Below are positions 29,864 to 38,809 of a stretch of 64,000 nucleotides of DNA, one piece after another. Within the stretch, counting starts at the first letter, position 1; the number at the start of each line of letters is the position of its first letter. The notes below the pieces were generated by a model. The model saw only the letters and a list, made by a program, of their open reading frames with translations. It did not search any database and was not told the origin of the DNA. The position numbers and the translations under genes were made by a program. Source of the DNA: a virus (Duplodnaviria; Heunggongvirae; Uroviricota; Caudoviricetes); the IMG/VR virus record IMGVR_UViG_2713896798_000008; one strand, 5' to 3'.

Positions 29864-29890
29864 AAAAAAACCGCCTGGCGGCGGTTTTTT
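29864..29890 (-). terminator. tR'-like terminator downstream of late promoter
   Basis: Hairpin ccgcc-tggc-ggcgg flanked by A7 and T6 (bidirectional form). Confidence 0.5.
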
Positions 29891-29939
29891 CTTACTTTGC
29901 CATCGCGTACAAAATCGGCAAAATATCAGATTTACATGA

Positions 29940-29968
29940 AATATATGCTCTTCAGTTCTATTTTGCAA
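29940..29968 (-). promoter_or_regulatory. candidate late promoter pR' (sigma70 -35 TTGCAA, 17-bp spacer, -10 TATATT)
   Basis: Minus-strand hexamers at 29963..29968 and 29940..29945, immediately downstream of Q stop. Confidence 0.45.
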
Positions 29969-30647
29969 GATATGGTTCTAAATTAAGCGACTGTTGCCGT
30001 GATCGTACCCGCATTACTGAAATAAGAGCATCCCTGTCCAGCCCCTCTGCACTACCCCGCATAGCCAACCAGTGAGGCCTGTGTGTTGTTGTCCATGTAG
30101 ATTTAGCAACTCCCATCAACACCGCCAACGCCTGATGTTCATAGGTCTCACGCCCGACCAGCTCGCTCTTCACATCCTGTACAGCCAGCCAGATCAACCT
30201 CTTCAGGCGTTCCTGCGTTTTCCCCGCTATTTTTCTGGTACCGGATTGAGCCTTAAACTCACTCCATACCCACTGTGTTATGGTGACCTGATCTTCCCAG
30301 CAAACATTTCCACTGTAGCACCACAGTAACCACGCCTTCTGATGCTCTTCCAGTTCCAGAACGGCACGCCGCCACGATGATGTTGAAAACTCAACCGGAC
30401 TGACCAGAGGAATTGACGTCCCCTTCGCCAGCGATTGCTTTCCCGGGATTGGTGGATTATCCCGCGTTATCATTTTTCCAGTCACTTCATCGCGGTACCG
30501 GATTTTTTTTCGCCTGTAACGCCCTGTATCGAACATGGCATTCTCTTGCCAGGCTTCAAGCTGACCTTTTGTTGCCCCACTCAAATCAGCGGTGGCGATA
30601 ATGAGCTGCTCACGCACAAACTGTAAATACTGGTTATTCATGCGCAC
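29958..30647 (-). CDS. late-gene antiterminator Q-like protein
   Basis: Called by position (after rusA, directly before the pR'/tR' candidates); sequence family not recognised with certainty. Confidence 0.5.
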   Translation of the reverse strand: MRMNNQYLQFVREQLIIATADLSGATKGQLEAWQENAMFDTGRYRRKKIRYRDEVTGKMITRDNPPIPGKQSLAKGTSIPLVSPVEFSTSSWRRAVLELEEHQKAWLLWCYSGNVCWEDQVTITQWVWSEFKAQSGTRKIAGKTQERLKRLIWLAVQDVKSELVGRETYEHQALAVLMGVAKSTWTTTHRPHWLAMRGSAEGLDRDALISVMRVRSRQQSLNLEPYLAK

Positions 30648-30997
30648 TCCAGTTCTGTGATTTTTATCCCCAACCGCCCACCAGGAACGAGTTGACCGCG
30701 CACAATATTGATTTCATCAAACTGCTCGTCGTCTATGAGTAGTCCGGCATGCGTCAGCGCATCCAGTGGTGCTTTCAGGATATTGTCCAGGTCACGACGG
30801 CGCTTATCCGGTGGCTCTGCAATAATCTTTATCGCCAGCCTTCCGGACAGGTTTAATTTCAACCGCTGCTGGCGAACAATAAGCGCCACTGCCCGGCGAT
30901 AACGCTCCCCGGCTTTTGATACAAAATATGTGCTGCCACGGCGTCGCCAGTAAGTGTTCACTGTCGGCGGATAAGGTAAAACCAAATCTATGAGCAT
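30638..30997 (-). CDS. rusA: Holliday junction resolvase RusA
   Basis: 119 aa; RusA-family motifs (DKRRRDLDNILKAPLDALTHAG). Confidence 0.85.
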   Translation of the reverse strand: MLIDLVLPYPPTVNTYWRRRGSTYFVSKAGERYRRAVALIVRQQRLKLNLSGRLAIKIIAEPPDKRRRDLDNILKAPLDALTHAGLLIDDEQFDEINIVRGQLVPGGRLGIKITELECA

Positions 30998-31009
30998 CAG
31001 TCACCTCTT

Positions 31010-32059
31010 TTACCCGAGCACGCCAGTTGCAAAGGCGTGATCAAGAAAACGAAAAATTAACTCAACCTGGGAGCCGTACTTTTTCTCAAACTCCAGCGGG
31101 TCAGCATGAAGTTCGTTGTGATGTTCCCGGCACAACGGTAGCGTGAAAATATCGTGGGCCTTTGTTCCCATTCCCCCCTGACCATGACCAATCAGGTGAT
31201 GCGGATCGTCAGCTGGCTTACCACAACACGCACACGGCTGTGTCTTTACCCAGCGCGTGTATTTCTCATTAACCCAACGGCGACGTTTAGGCCGCCTCAT
31301 GAACGATTCAGGAGACTCCGGATCAACAGCGATACTGACAACCGTTTTTTTCTGTGGTGGATTTTGTTGCTGGTGGACGTGAAGTGGCAGCGCAATATTT
31401 TTTGTGCGCTGCTTCAGTATGCTGATGGCTGTCTGTTCTCCCGGTACGATGTCACTCTCACGGTATACGGAGCGGATTTTTTCCGCTGGTAATCCCAGCG
31501 AACGACGCGCTACTGCCTCAGGCAGTGCATCCACCACCTGATTGCAGGCCGCCCACCAGGATAATTCGGCCAGCGATAACTCCCTCTCCTGCGTACCGCT
31601 TATTGCGTGACGGATGACGTCAATCATCCAGGCAACCAGATTCTGCTGAGCAAGTTGATCGAGTGATTCTGATGTCTGGTCGCGCAGCTGGTTGTCACAG
31701 TGCCAGCACAACACCATCGCGCCGGTACCGTAACGGTGAATGACGGTTTCGCTGTGATGATAATCGCCATGTGGCCACTGGCAGGATTTCACTTGACGTA
31801 ATAACCAGTCAGACAGTGCACCAGCGCCACCCGCAGCACAAATCACCCGTTCGTTGCTGAAAAATGGCAGTAATGTTTTATCCTCTGCCAGCGGCTGTCG
31901 AACGGCAGGAACGACTCCGGACGGCAGACCGCGCATGTTTTTCGGTTCCGGCTCCACCAATATTCTGCCGTTATGGAATGCTGACATTGATTCACGGCCC
32001 GGCTTTAGGAGCACCATCCCGAGTTCCGGTACCAGAACAGGTCGAAGTAATACCCGCAC
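31010..32059 (-). CDS. DUF968 (YdfU-like) protein with C-terminal HNH-like motif
   Basis: Paralogue of 56161..57249; CACCGKPADDPHHLIGHGQGG...CREHHNELH. Confidence 0.75.
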   Translation of the reverse strand: MRVLLRPVLVPELGMVLLKPGRESMSAFHNGRILVEPEPKNMRGLPSGVVPAVRQPLAEDKTLLPFFSNERVICAAGGAGALSDWLLRQVKSCQWPHGDYHHSETVIHRYGTGAMVLCWHCDNQLRDQTSESLDQLAQQNLVAWMIDVIRHAISGTQERELSLAELSWWAACNQVVDALPEAVARRSLGLPAEKIRSVYRESDIVPGEQTAISILKQRTKNIALPLHVHQQQNPPQKKTVVSIAVDPESPESFMRRPKRRRWVNEKYTRWVKTQPCACCGKPADDPHHLIGHGQGGMGTKAHDIFTLPLCREHHNELHADPLEFEKKYGSQVELIFRFLDHAFATGVLG

Positions 32060-32060
32060 G

Positions 32061-32339
32061 TTACCTCCAGATGCGCTGCTGGAATGTGCGGGACGGACGC
32101 GGTGGGCGTTCGGAATAAGGGAGCCTGACGGAGATTATCCAGTGACGACGATCGAAGCTGAGATCTTTCTGAAACTCGTAACCACGTCTGCGGTAGCACT
32201 GAATCAGCCATTCGGCCTGTTCTTCAGTGCATGGGTCATGCCGGAACCAGTCAGATTTGAATGCATGAGAACGCCGCCCGTGCCTGCTGGCAGGGGCGGC
32301 AGAGTTATCCGAATTGTAAAATCTGGTATCGTGCGCCAT
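32061..32339 (-). CDS. Rem-like small protein
   Basis: Paralogue of 57212..57490 (…RHWIISVRLPYSERPP…); ATG at 32339 assumed. Confidence 0.5.
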   Translation of the reverse strand: MAHDTRFYNSDNSAAPASRHGRRSHAFKSDWFRHDPCTEEQAEWLIQCYRRRGYEFQKDLSFDRRHWIISVRLPYSERPPRPSRTFQQRIWR

Positions 32340-32454
32340 CAGTTTTCTCTGCTGACGCAGCAGGTGCCAGTTGTTCAGGCTGGCGTGCGAATTGTAAACC
32401 AGAATGCAAGGAAAAAACAAAACCCGCCGAAGCGGGTTTTCATTGGAAGCACCT

Positions 32455-32949
32455 TTAGTTTTGCTGTTCTATTTTAAGCTTGATAGTTTCATACAAAACA
32501 ATAGTTGCGCCTGTTTTACATAATTCCCGGCTGTCATATGCACGAGACCAATAACACAACCAGTTCTCGAGATCTTCTCGAGTATAGGTTTTGCAGGCCA
32601 GTCCCTCTGCCATTTCCACGATTTCATCGCCTGGTGCTGTTAACTCATAGCCATTCAACAACAAGAAGACGTAACCAGCCATCATAGCTGTTCGTTTGTT
32701 CGCATTCGCAAACGGATGATTCTGAATCAGACTTTCAATCAATACCGATGCCAGTACAAACATGTCATTGATCTGTTTATACCATCGAACCATGCTGGGA
32801 CGGGCCTGAGAAGAACTTAAGTTATCTGGACTCAGAACACCAACGGGTTCATCTGGCGTCTGTAATTCAATTAGGGAACGATTGATTTCAACAAGATCAT
32901 CAACCGTAAGGTAATGCACTCCTTCAACAATCTCAGCCATAGAGCACAA
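32455..32949 (-). CDS. Doc-family (Fic fold) toxin
   Basis: Doc-type motif HPFANANKR (HxFx[DN][AG]NKR); 164 aa. Confidence 0.8.
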   Translation of the reverse strand: MCSMAEIVEGVHYLTVDDLVEINRSLIELQTPDEPVGVLSPDNLSSSQARPSMVRWYKQINDMFVLASVLIESLIQNHPFANANKRTAMMAGYVFLLLNGYELTAPGDEIVEMAEGLACKTYTREDLENWLCYWSRAYDSRELCKTGATIVLYETIKLKIEQQN

Positions 32950-32958
32950 TACCCATCA

Positions 32959-33138
32959 TTACACTTTTGAAAGTTCTTCCATTGCCTTCTCGTAACGAGA
33001 AAAACCGAAATCGAAAGCATTTTTCACCTGCTCACGATGAGTGCAGTTTTCATCAATCGCCGGGCGAGGGGCTGCCACAACTCGTTTGTCGCGAGGCGGA
33101 ATATTTAGCCGTGTGTGTTTCTTGAGTGCGTAGCTCAT
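32959..33138 (-). CDS. putative cognate antitoxin of Doc-family toxin (family unrecognised)
   Basis: 59-aa ORF (MSYALKKHTRLNIPP...) 10 bp upstream of the toxin on the same strand; ATG at 33138, track start is TTG. Confidence 0.4.
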   Translation of the reverse strand: MSYALKKHTRLNIPPRDKRVVAAPRPAIDENCTHREQVKNAFDFGFSRYEKAMEELSKV

Positions 33139-33469
33139 CTTGTCGTTTCCCTTGAAGTTCTTTTGGCAAGGCCAACGCACCAACCTGGCGCGTAATTAAT
33201 GGTGTAGTACTAAGGTTAGATTAGTCTAATGCGGATAAAAATTTTTAGCTACCAAAACGACACTTTTGGTTCCTCCACCCCAATGTTAAAATAAGCCATC
33301 CGCCCCGCTCTCTTACTGGCGGATTCGTAAGCTATATAAATCAAAGATCCCGGCTCATGTTTGTGTCGGGATCTTTTTTTTACGGTGATTTATCCCCAGC
33401 GGCAAATCGAATACACCACCAGCGCCACCGCCATCGCAATTCCTGCCGTTGTGAATGCTTCAGGCCTGG

Positions 33470-33814
33470 TCATCGTAAAACATCCTCCACGCTTGTCAGT
33501 CCGTTTCGCTCCAGGTAGTCCATCGCCTTATCCGGCAGTTTGCAGTCCGGCTTCGCTTTCCTCAGTTGCCAGGCTAACTGCTTTACCTGCATAGTTAACT
33601 CGTCGACCAGACGCTGATACCCCACTGGTTTGTATTCATGCAATTTACCGACTGGCTCTGCTGCCAGCGATGCCAGTGCGATTTCCAGAACAGCAATATC
33701 CATCTTATATGTGCGGATGATGTCATGGTCGATTGTGCTCGGTATGCACAGTCTCTGTGCTTCAATGGTCTCCTCTGCGTGAGCTATTAACTGCTCTCTG
33801 GTAAAAGTAGTCAT
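33470..33814 (-). CDS. hypothetical nin-region protein
   Basis: ORF track, 114 aa. Confidence 0.45.
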   Translation of the reverse strand: MTTFTREQLIAHAEETIEAQRLCIPSTIDHDIIRTYKMDIAVLEIALASLAAEPVGKLHEYKPVGYQRLVDELTMQVKQLAWQLRKAKPDCKLPDKAMDYLERNGLTSVEDVLR

Positions 33815-33817
33815 GTG

Positions 33818-34105
33818 TTAGTCCTCATCCACTTCAACGCCATCTTTCAGCGTGATGCCGTGCCAATCATCAGCCCAACTGGTTAACCCTGGCGCATCAA
33901 TGCTAGGCATATAGACTCTTGCAGTGTGGTAGCCCTTATCGTTATCAATGCTGGCAACGTGCTCGCCGTTGTATGCGCTCAGCGTGTCCAGGACGCTATA
34001 AAACTTTCCTCCGGCTGCCCTGAAATCCTTTACAGCCTTCACAAGGCGCTTCCACGCTTTTTCCTGTTCTGGCGTCAGGCCGATTAATTCCTGCAAAGTA
34101 GCCAT
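33818..34105 (-). CDS. hypothetical nin-region protein
   Basis: ATG at 34105 with SD aaggag (MATLQELIGL...). Confidence 0.45.
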   Translation of the reverse strand: MATLQELIGLTPEQEKAWKRLVKAVKDFRAAGGKFYSVLDTLSAYNGEHVASIDNDKGYHTARVYMPSIDAPGLTSWADDWHGITLKDGVEVDED

Positions 34106-34107
34106 GT

Positions 34108-34467
34108 TCACTCTCCTTTGATGCCAATGTTTACAGCCTGGCAGGCCTCTTTGAGCACCCAATCAACGGCATCTTTCCACGCTCCGGTTTCGACTGGCGG
34201 ATTTTCACGCTTAACCTGTTCATAGAAGCGCACTGCTTTAATCAATCCTTCTGGTGTCAGTGGCACAGCCTGGGTCGTAAATAACTCCTGAATTTCATAG
34301 TTCGGTCTGTCGTTGCAATCCTCTTTTGTCGGTACATATTTCCAGTCACCAACCCTCTGCTTCCCCTGAAAGTCTGTAACGTCTTTTTTCACGTAGCGAT
34401 ATCGCCATGCCACTGGTTTTGCCTGCCCTGCCGTTTCATGCCCTTCCTGATAATTAATCTCGCTCAT
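34108..34467 (-). CDS. hypothetical nin-region protein
   Basis: ORF track, 119 aa; start overlaps upstream stop (ATGA). Confidence 0.45.
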   Translation of the reverse strand: MSEINYQEGHETAGQAKPVAWRYRYVKKDVTDFQGKQRVGDWKYVPTKEDCNDRPNYEIQELFTTQAVPLTPEGLIKAVRFYEQVKRENPPVETGAWKDAVDWVLKEACQAVNIGIKGE

Positions 34468-34640
34468 TCATCGCCCCACTCATCACAATATGCTTCGACC
34501 GGAGTTTTTCCTGCTTCATAGTCATCACGCCATGCTTCAGCATCGGCGGCACTTCCACCGCGTAACTCTGCATAGTCCATTAACAGTTCATGCCATTCTT
34601 CAAAACTGGCGTTATATTTAGTTGAACCAAAATCAGCCAT
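34464..34640 (-). CDS. hypothetical small acidic protein (58 aa), below the ORF-track length cutoff
   Basis: Manually translated MADFGSTKYNASFEEWHELLMDYAEL...; translationally coupled to downstream gene. Confidence 0.4.
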   Translation of the reverse strand: MADFGSTKYNASFEEWHELLMDYAELRGGSAADAEAWRDDYEAGKTPVEAYCDEWGDE

Positions 34641-34815
34641 TTTGTTCTTCCTCTTCGTCTTTTATTTCGTGATATGAGTAATTGCAGTGGTTAAAGAAAA
34701 TTTCTTTTGCTTCGTCATGAATTTCATCAGGTGTTGCGTCATCGTCCACTTCGAATACATCCTCAAAATCTCCACCGGCTATTCCCGTTTCAATAATTAT
34801 TTTGAACTTTCGCAT
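34633..34815 (-). CDS. hypothetical small acidic protein
   Basis: ORF track, 60 aa, Asp/Glu-rich. Confidence 0.35.
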   Translation of the reverse strand: MRKFKIIIETGIAGGDFEDVFEVDDDATPDEIHDEAKEIFFNHCNYSYHEIKDEEEEQNG

Positions 34816-34962
34816 TTCACTACCGCCCTGCCGGGCGGTCTCCTGATGTTCTGAGGGTGCAGGAATCCCTCCGGTTAAGGATTAAATTTTATTTACAGTG
34901 CTGATTTTAATTATTCAGTTCTGGATTATGCTTTCTCTTTCAACTGCCGTAGTTCCTGGTAA

Positions 34963-35268
34963 TTAATTTCGCTCACTGGTTGCCTCCTGGAAAATAACCG
35001 CATGTCCCAGTTTCTCCGCCAGTGCCAGTTCTGCCTTAGCGCCTGCCGACCGCTGCCAGCCTTTCAGCATATAAACCGCATCCACACAACGAATCATTGC
35101 CATGCAAATATCCATGTAATGTGGCTGAGTCAGCCCGTCCGGAAGTACTGCCGGGTTTAAAACGGTATGCCCTTCCCGTTTCAGCACCTCTTCCGCTTTG
35201 TGAAATGCCTCGCGGTTAAAATTTTCATATCCCGTCATCGGACCGGCGATATAAACCCTCACCCTCAC
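34963..35268 (-). CDS. DUF4406-like protein (nucleoside 2-deoxyribosyltransferase-like fold)
   Basis: MRVRVYIAGPMTGYENFNREAF... characteristic of DUF4406 nin-region proteins. Confidence 0.55.
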   Translation of the reverse strand: MRVRVYIAGPMTGYENFNREAFHKAEEVLKREGHTVLNPAVLPDGLTQPHYMDICMAMIRCVDAVYMLKGWQRSAGAKAELALAEKLGHAVIFQEATSERN

Positions 35269-35519
35269 TCCTGAACCCTCCTGTCGAAATAAACGTAGTT
35301 ATTCACTGCGCCCAACTTCATCCCAAACTTTTCGGCAATTTCCCGTCGGGGTACACCACGCTGATGCAGTTGCCGCGCCAGCTCAATATCACGCTGTGAA
35401 CATTTGGCTGACTGGTGATAATCACCCCGTAACATCATGCTGATACCCAGTTCCCGCGCTTTCGTCCTGACGGCTGACTCACTACGGCCAATCAGATAAC
35501 CGATGCTTTCGACTTTCAT
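35265..35519 (-). CDS. small HTH-type regulator-like protein
   Basis: Internal ATG at 35519 chosen to avoid overlap with upstream gene; HTH-like RREIAEKFGMKLGAVNNYV. Confidence 0.35.
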   Translation of the reverse strand: MKVESIGYLIGRSESAVRTKARELGISMMLRGDYHQSAKCSQRDIELARQLHQRGVPRREIAEKFGMKLGAVNNYVYFDRRVQE

Positions 35520-35578
35520 CGTTCCCGCACACTGCCGGAGTATCAGGATTTCAGCCCAGCGCCACTTCTTCCAGCCAC

Positions 35579-36313
35579 TCACCGCTGCTGCTCTCTGGTG
35601 GCGGTAATATCCCGGAGAATATCCCTGTGTTTGTTCAGTTCCCGTAGCGCAGCACAGACTCGCTCCCACTTCTGAACATCACTTTTCGCCCGGCGCAGCT
35701 CGCGGTTAGCCACATGCAGCGATGGTAGAATCAGGTCATCTGCTTTCGTTTCGGTGACCGATGGCTGTAACTTCACAATGTCTTCCTCGATTTCTGTTTT
35801 CATTTCTTCCTGTGTCGTCGTTTCCTGGACTGGTAACGCAACTCCTGCTGACTGAGGAAAGGCTTTACCATCCGTTTCCGCTGCGGATGCAGCTTCCGGC
35901 TCTGCTGGTAAATTATCGCCCGGCATGCAGTAACGAAATTTACCGCCCTGATTCACGCGAATCAGACGCCCTTTGCTGATTGCCATCGCCAGCGATGAAT
36001 TCGCCCGGCGGGAGGTAATTCCGAACATCAGTGCCAGTTCATCCGCCGTTTGTGAGCCATGTTGTTCAATCGCCTCTGTCAGCATTTGCGCTGTCACTTT
36101 CGGTACCGGTGACACTGGTTCACTTTCACCAGCCTGAATCAGCCACCACATCGAACCCTTGTTATCCGCTTCACCGCGGCGCTTCAGTTTCCACAGTTCG
36201 TTGACCGCCTCTTCACGGCTGATTCCAAGGCGCGATGCCACTACCTGTGAAGAGGCTTTTTTCAGTGCTTTCAGTGCGTCAAATACGGTTTCCATTAAAA
36301 CGTCCTCCGACAA
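35579..36313 (-). CDS. hypothetical protein (YdaW position)
   Basis: 244 aa, directly downstream of DnaC-like gene. Confidence 0.45.
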   Translation of the reverse strand: MSEDVLMETVFDALKALKKASSQVVASRLGISREEAVNELWKLKRRGEADNKGSMWWLIQAGESEPVSPVPKVTAQMLTEAIEQHGSQTADELALMFGITSRRANSSLAMAISKGRLIRVNQGGKFRYCMPGDNLPAEPEAASAAETDGKAFPQSAGVALPVQETTTQEEMKTEIEEDIVKLQPSVTETKADDLILPSLHVANRELRRAKSDVQKWERVCAALRELNKHRDILRDITATREQQR

Positions 36314-36316
36314 AAA

Positions 36317-37063
36317 TTACTTCACAACCCTCTGATTGCTGACATTTGGACGCCAGCTATCCCAGTTAAACGTCACCCATCGACCACCGTTCATGGTCAT
36401 GCGGTCCATAATCCTCTCACCGAGAAGCGTACTCATTGCGGCATGATTCAGGTTTGTTAACATCCCGACACTGCACAGTGATGCTGTCCGGCGATCAATT
36501 ATCTGGTGCAATACCACCTGCTCGTTTTTCGTCTCACGCTGAACGCCTATTTCATCCAGGACCAGCAAATCAACCCCGCAAAGCTCCTGTAAAAATTTTT
36601 CCCCGGACTGGCCGTTGTCGTAGCTGTCATGCAACACACTCATGACGTCAGACACGGTGACGATAATCACGCTGCTCCCCTTCGCCATCAGCCGGTTGCC
36701 CATCGCCGCTGCAAGGTGATTTTTCCCGGTGCCGGTTTTACCGCTGAACACAAAATTCGTGCACCCGGTCATCAGTTCGTCAGCGATGGATTTTGCCTGG
36801 CTCAGCGCGTGTTTTTGCCCGTCGTTCTGCACCTGATAATTCGCAAACGAGCATTTGCTGTGCAGAGGCTGGATGCCCGAACGATTCAGGATTTTTTCCA
36901 CCCGCAACTGGCGATTCTGGCGGTTAATCTCCTCGCTGCGTTTTCGTCCTTCAGCAAGCTGCCATTCCCGCCACTCCTCCACCGTCCGGTACGGTGGAAC
37001 CGCCCCCTGTGGTGCAAGTCTGCGAATACGTTCAAGAACCCCGGCTGCCGCAATGTTTTTCAT
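36317..37063 (-). CDS. DnaC-like helicase loader (IstB-type ATPase, YdaV-like)
   Basis: Walker A GKTGTGKNHLAAA and Walker B LLVLDEIG. Confidence 0.85.
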   Translation of the reverse strand: MKNIAAAGVLERIRRLAPQGAVPPYRTVEEWREWQLAEGRKRSEEINRQNRQLRVEKILNRSGIQPLHSKCSFANYQVQNDGQKHALSQAKSIADELMTGCTNFVFSGKTGTGKNHLAAAMGNRLMAKGSSVIIVTVSDVMSVLHDSYDNGQSGEKFLQELCGVDLLVLDEIGVQRETKNEQVVLHQIIDRRTASLCSVGMLTNLNHAAMSTLLGERIMDRMTMNGGRWVTFNWDSWRPNVSNQRVVK

Positions 37064-37069
37064 GCCACG

Positions 37070-38053
37070 TCACCCCCTGAATCCAGGCGGTATTTCAGTG
37101 TCCGGTTCAGAAATGTGATTCACGCAACGATGCTCGGGCGAACGCCCCAGGCGGATAACCAGTTCATCCCATTTTTCCCGGAGTTTTGCCGGACTCATGA
37201 TGTTTTTTACCCAGAACGAATCCCGCTGGACACGCCCAAACATTTCACAAATCTGCCGGTGACTACGTCCATCCAGCATACGCATCATGCGCACATCATT
37301 CGCCCAGGTCGTCCAGTTAGGTTCTCGGGGGCGTGACACCTCACCATCATCACTGGCGGCCTGTTCATACAACGCCACAACCCGTCCCCAAATCCACTGC
37401 GCACAGGCGACATCCTCACGGGTACCCCACTGTCGCTTCGGTACATTCCAGGTATGCGCATCCGGGTGTTTCTCCAGAAATCGCTCAACTGGTGATGATT
37501 GTTTTTCGTCCGGCAGTGAAAGGTCCGGACAAGAAGATCTTTTATCTGACGGATCAGGTTTTAATACTGACGGATCGGGGTCAATCATCGCCCCCCTAAT
37601 CGGCAGTTTTTTATCAACCGTTGATCCATCAAAATTTGACGGGTCAACCGTTGAGGGGTCAATATTTGACGGGTCAACTATTAACGGGTCATTTTTTGCC
37701 GGGCTAATTTTTCTTTTCGGTTTATATGACTCACGCGCCGCCGCCGCAGCTGCTTCGAGTTTTTCCACATTAAGCCGATAGATATTGCTTACATTACGCC
37801 CACCGACCTTACGCTCTTCCTTCGTCAGCCAGCCCTCTTTCGCCAGTTCTGCAATAGCCGATTTCACGGTGGATTCACTTCTTGCACCGATCTGACGCCG
37901 GATAGTTTCAATAGCAGGCCATGACACGCCCTCGTCATTGCTGTAGTCTGCAAGACGGGCCATCACTGCCACCCGGGATAAGATCATGCCGGTGAAGGCG
38001 CATCCTTCCCAGACAAGACCATGAAGCTTGCTGCTCATAAAACCCCCGAACAC
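37070..38053 (-). CDS. replication initiator (lambda O-like / YdaU-like) containing origin iterons
   Basis: N-terminal replisome-organiser-like region; internal repeated DPS(N/T)(I/V)D peptides encoded by the iterons. Confidence 0.7.
   Translation of the reverse strand: MFGGFMSSKLHGLVWEGCAFTGMILSRVAVMARLADYSNDEGVSWPAIETIRRQIGARSESTVKSAIAELAKEGWLTKEERKVGGRNVSNIYRLNVEKLEAAAAAARESYKPKRKISPAKNDPLIVDPSNIDPSTVDPSNFDGSTVDKKLPIRGAMIDPDPSVLKPDPSDKRSSCPDLSLPDEKQSSPVERFLEKHPDAHTWNVPKRQWGTREDVACAQWIWGRVVALYEQAASDDGEVSRPREPNWTTWANDVRMMRMLDGRSHRQICEMFGRVQRDSFWVKNIMSPAKLREKWDELVIRLGRSPEHRCVNHISEPDTEIPPGFRG
37615..37690. repeat. origin-like iterons (about 5 copies of a TTGACGGGTCAA-like 12-mer) followed by an AT-rich tract
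   Basis: ttgatccatcaa / tgacgggtcaac x2 / ttgaggggtcaa / ttaacgggtcat, then attttttgccgggctaattttt. Confidence 0.5.
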
Positions 38054-38060
38054 CGTGCAG

Positions 38061-38486
38061 TTAGTGCATCACCACGGCATTTCCTGCCGGGCCGCCGCGA
38101 TTCATCTGGTCATACAAAACAACCGCTGACGCAACAAAATCGTCGACATCTTTCACCAGCCGATCCCGCCGTTCGACGATCTCACGGTAATACTCAGAAC
38201 TGTGGCTGCGCATACGGGCCACCAGCAAAGGCGGCATCGCCTTTTCGATCGCTGGTAACAGAGCCTGAATTTTTTCAACAGCATCAGGGGTGTCTTTATC
38301 CAGCCAACGGAAAATTTTCTGGGTATTACGGGCCAGGGCTTCCGGATGACTGTCGTCGTACAGTTCCGGGAACGTCATCCCCAGCTCGAAATACGCTTTG
38401 GTAATTTTCGCAGCCGGTACTTTTTCGCCGTCCGGATGCGCCCAGGCATTCATCGCCATGCGGATGTGTTCATGCTTGATTTTCAT
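38061..38486 (-). CDS. YdaT-like protein (cII position)
   Basis: 141 aa downstream of cro-like gene, Rac ydaS-ydaT arrangement. Confidence 0.55.
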   Translation of the reverse strand: MKIKHEHIRMAMNAWAHPDGEKVPAAKITKAYFELGMTFPELYDDSHPEALARNTQKIFRWLDKDTPDAVEKIQALLPAIEKAMPPLLVARMRSHSSEYYREIVERRDRLVKDVDDFVASAVVLYDQMNRGGPAGNAVVMH

Positions 38487-38710
38487 GAATCATTTTTCCT
38501 TTCGTTCGAGGTGTTATCCTTCTTTTTGTAAAGTTCTGGGTTCAACGATAATTTTCCCTTGGAGTATGCAACTGCTTCAGCAGCCCTCCCCTTGGGAACT
38601 ATTTCGCCGGGACGCTTACGCCACATGTATATAGCTTCTCGGGTTACCCCATAAAAATCAGCGACTCTTTGGACAGAACCAAAAAACTGGACAAGTTCAT
38701 CAACTCGCAT
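38483..38710 (-). CDS. Cro/YdaS-like HTH regulator
   Basis: 75 aa, HTH DFYGVTREAIYMWRKR; divergent from the repressor gene. Confidence 0.7.
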   Translation of the reverse strand: MRVDELVQFFGSVQRVADFYGVTREAIYMWRKRPGEIVPKGRAAEAVAYSKGKLSLNPELYKKKDNTSNERKNDS

Positions 38711-38809
38711 TTCGCCCTCCTTAAAACTAAGTATTTTTAGATTAAAGGGTAATTTTTTTTAGGTCAATACAATCTAAAATAATTTATATTCAATTCGCGG
38801 GAGAAAATA
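38711..38809. promoter_or_regulatory. immunity-region divergent promoter/operator segment
   Basis: 9-bp inverted repeat ttttagatt/aatctaaaa and motif TTATATTCA at 38775..38783, recurring at 39503 and 39536. Confidence 0.4.
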
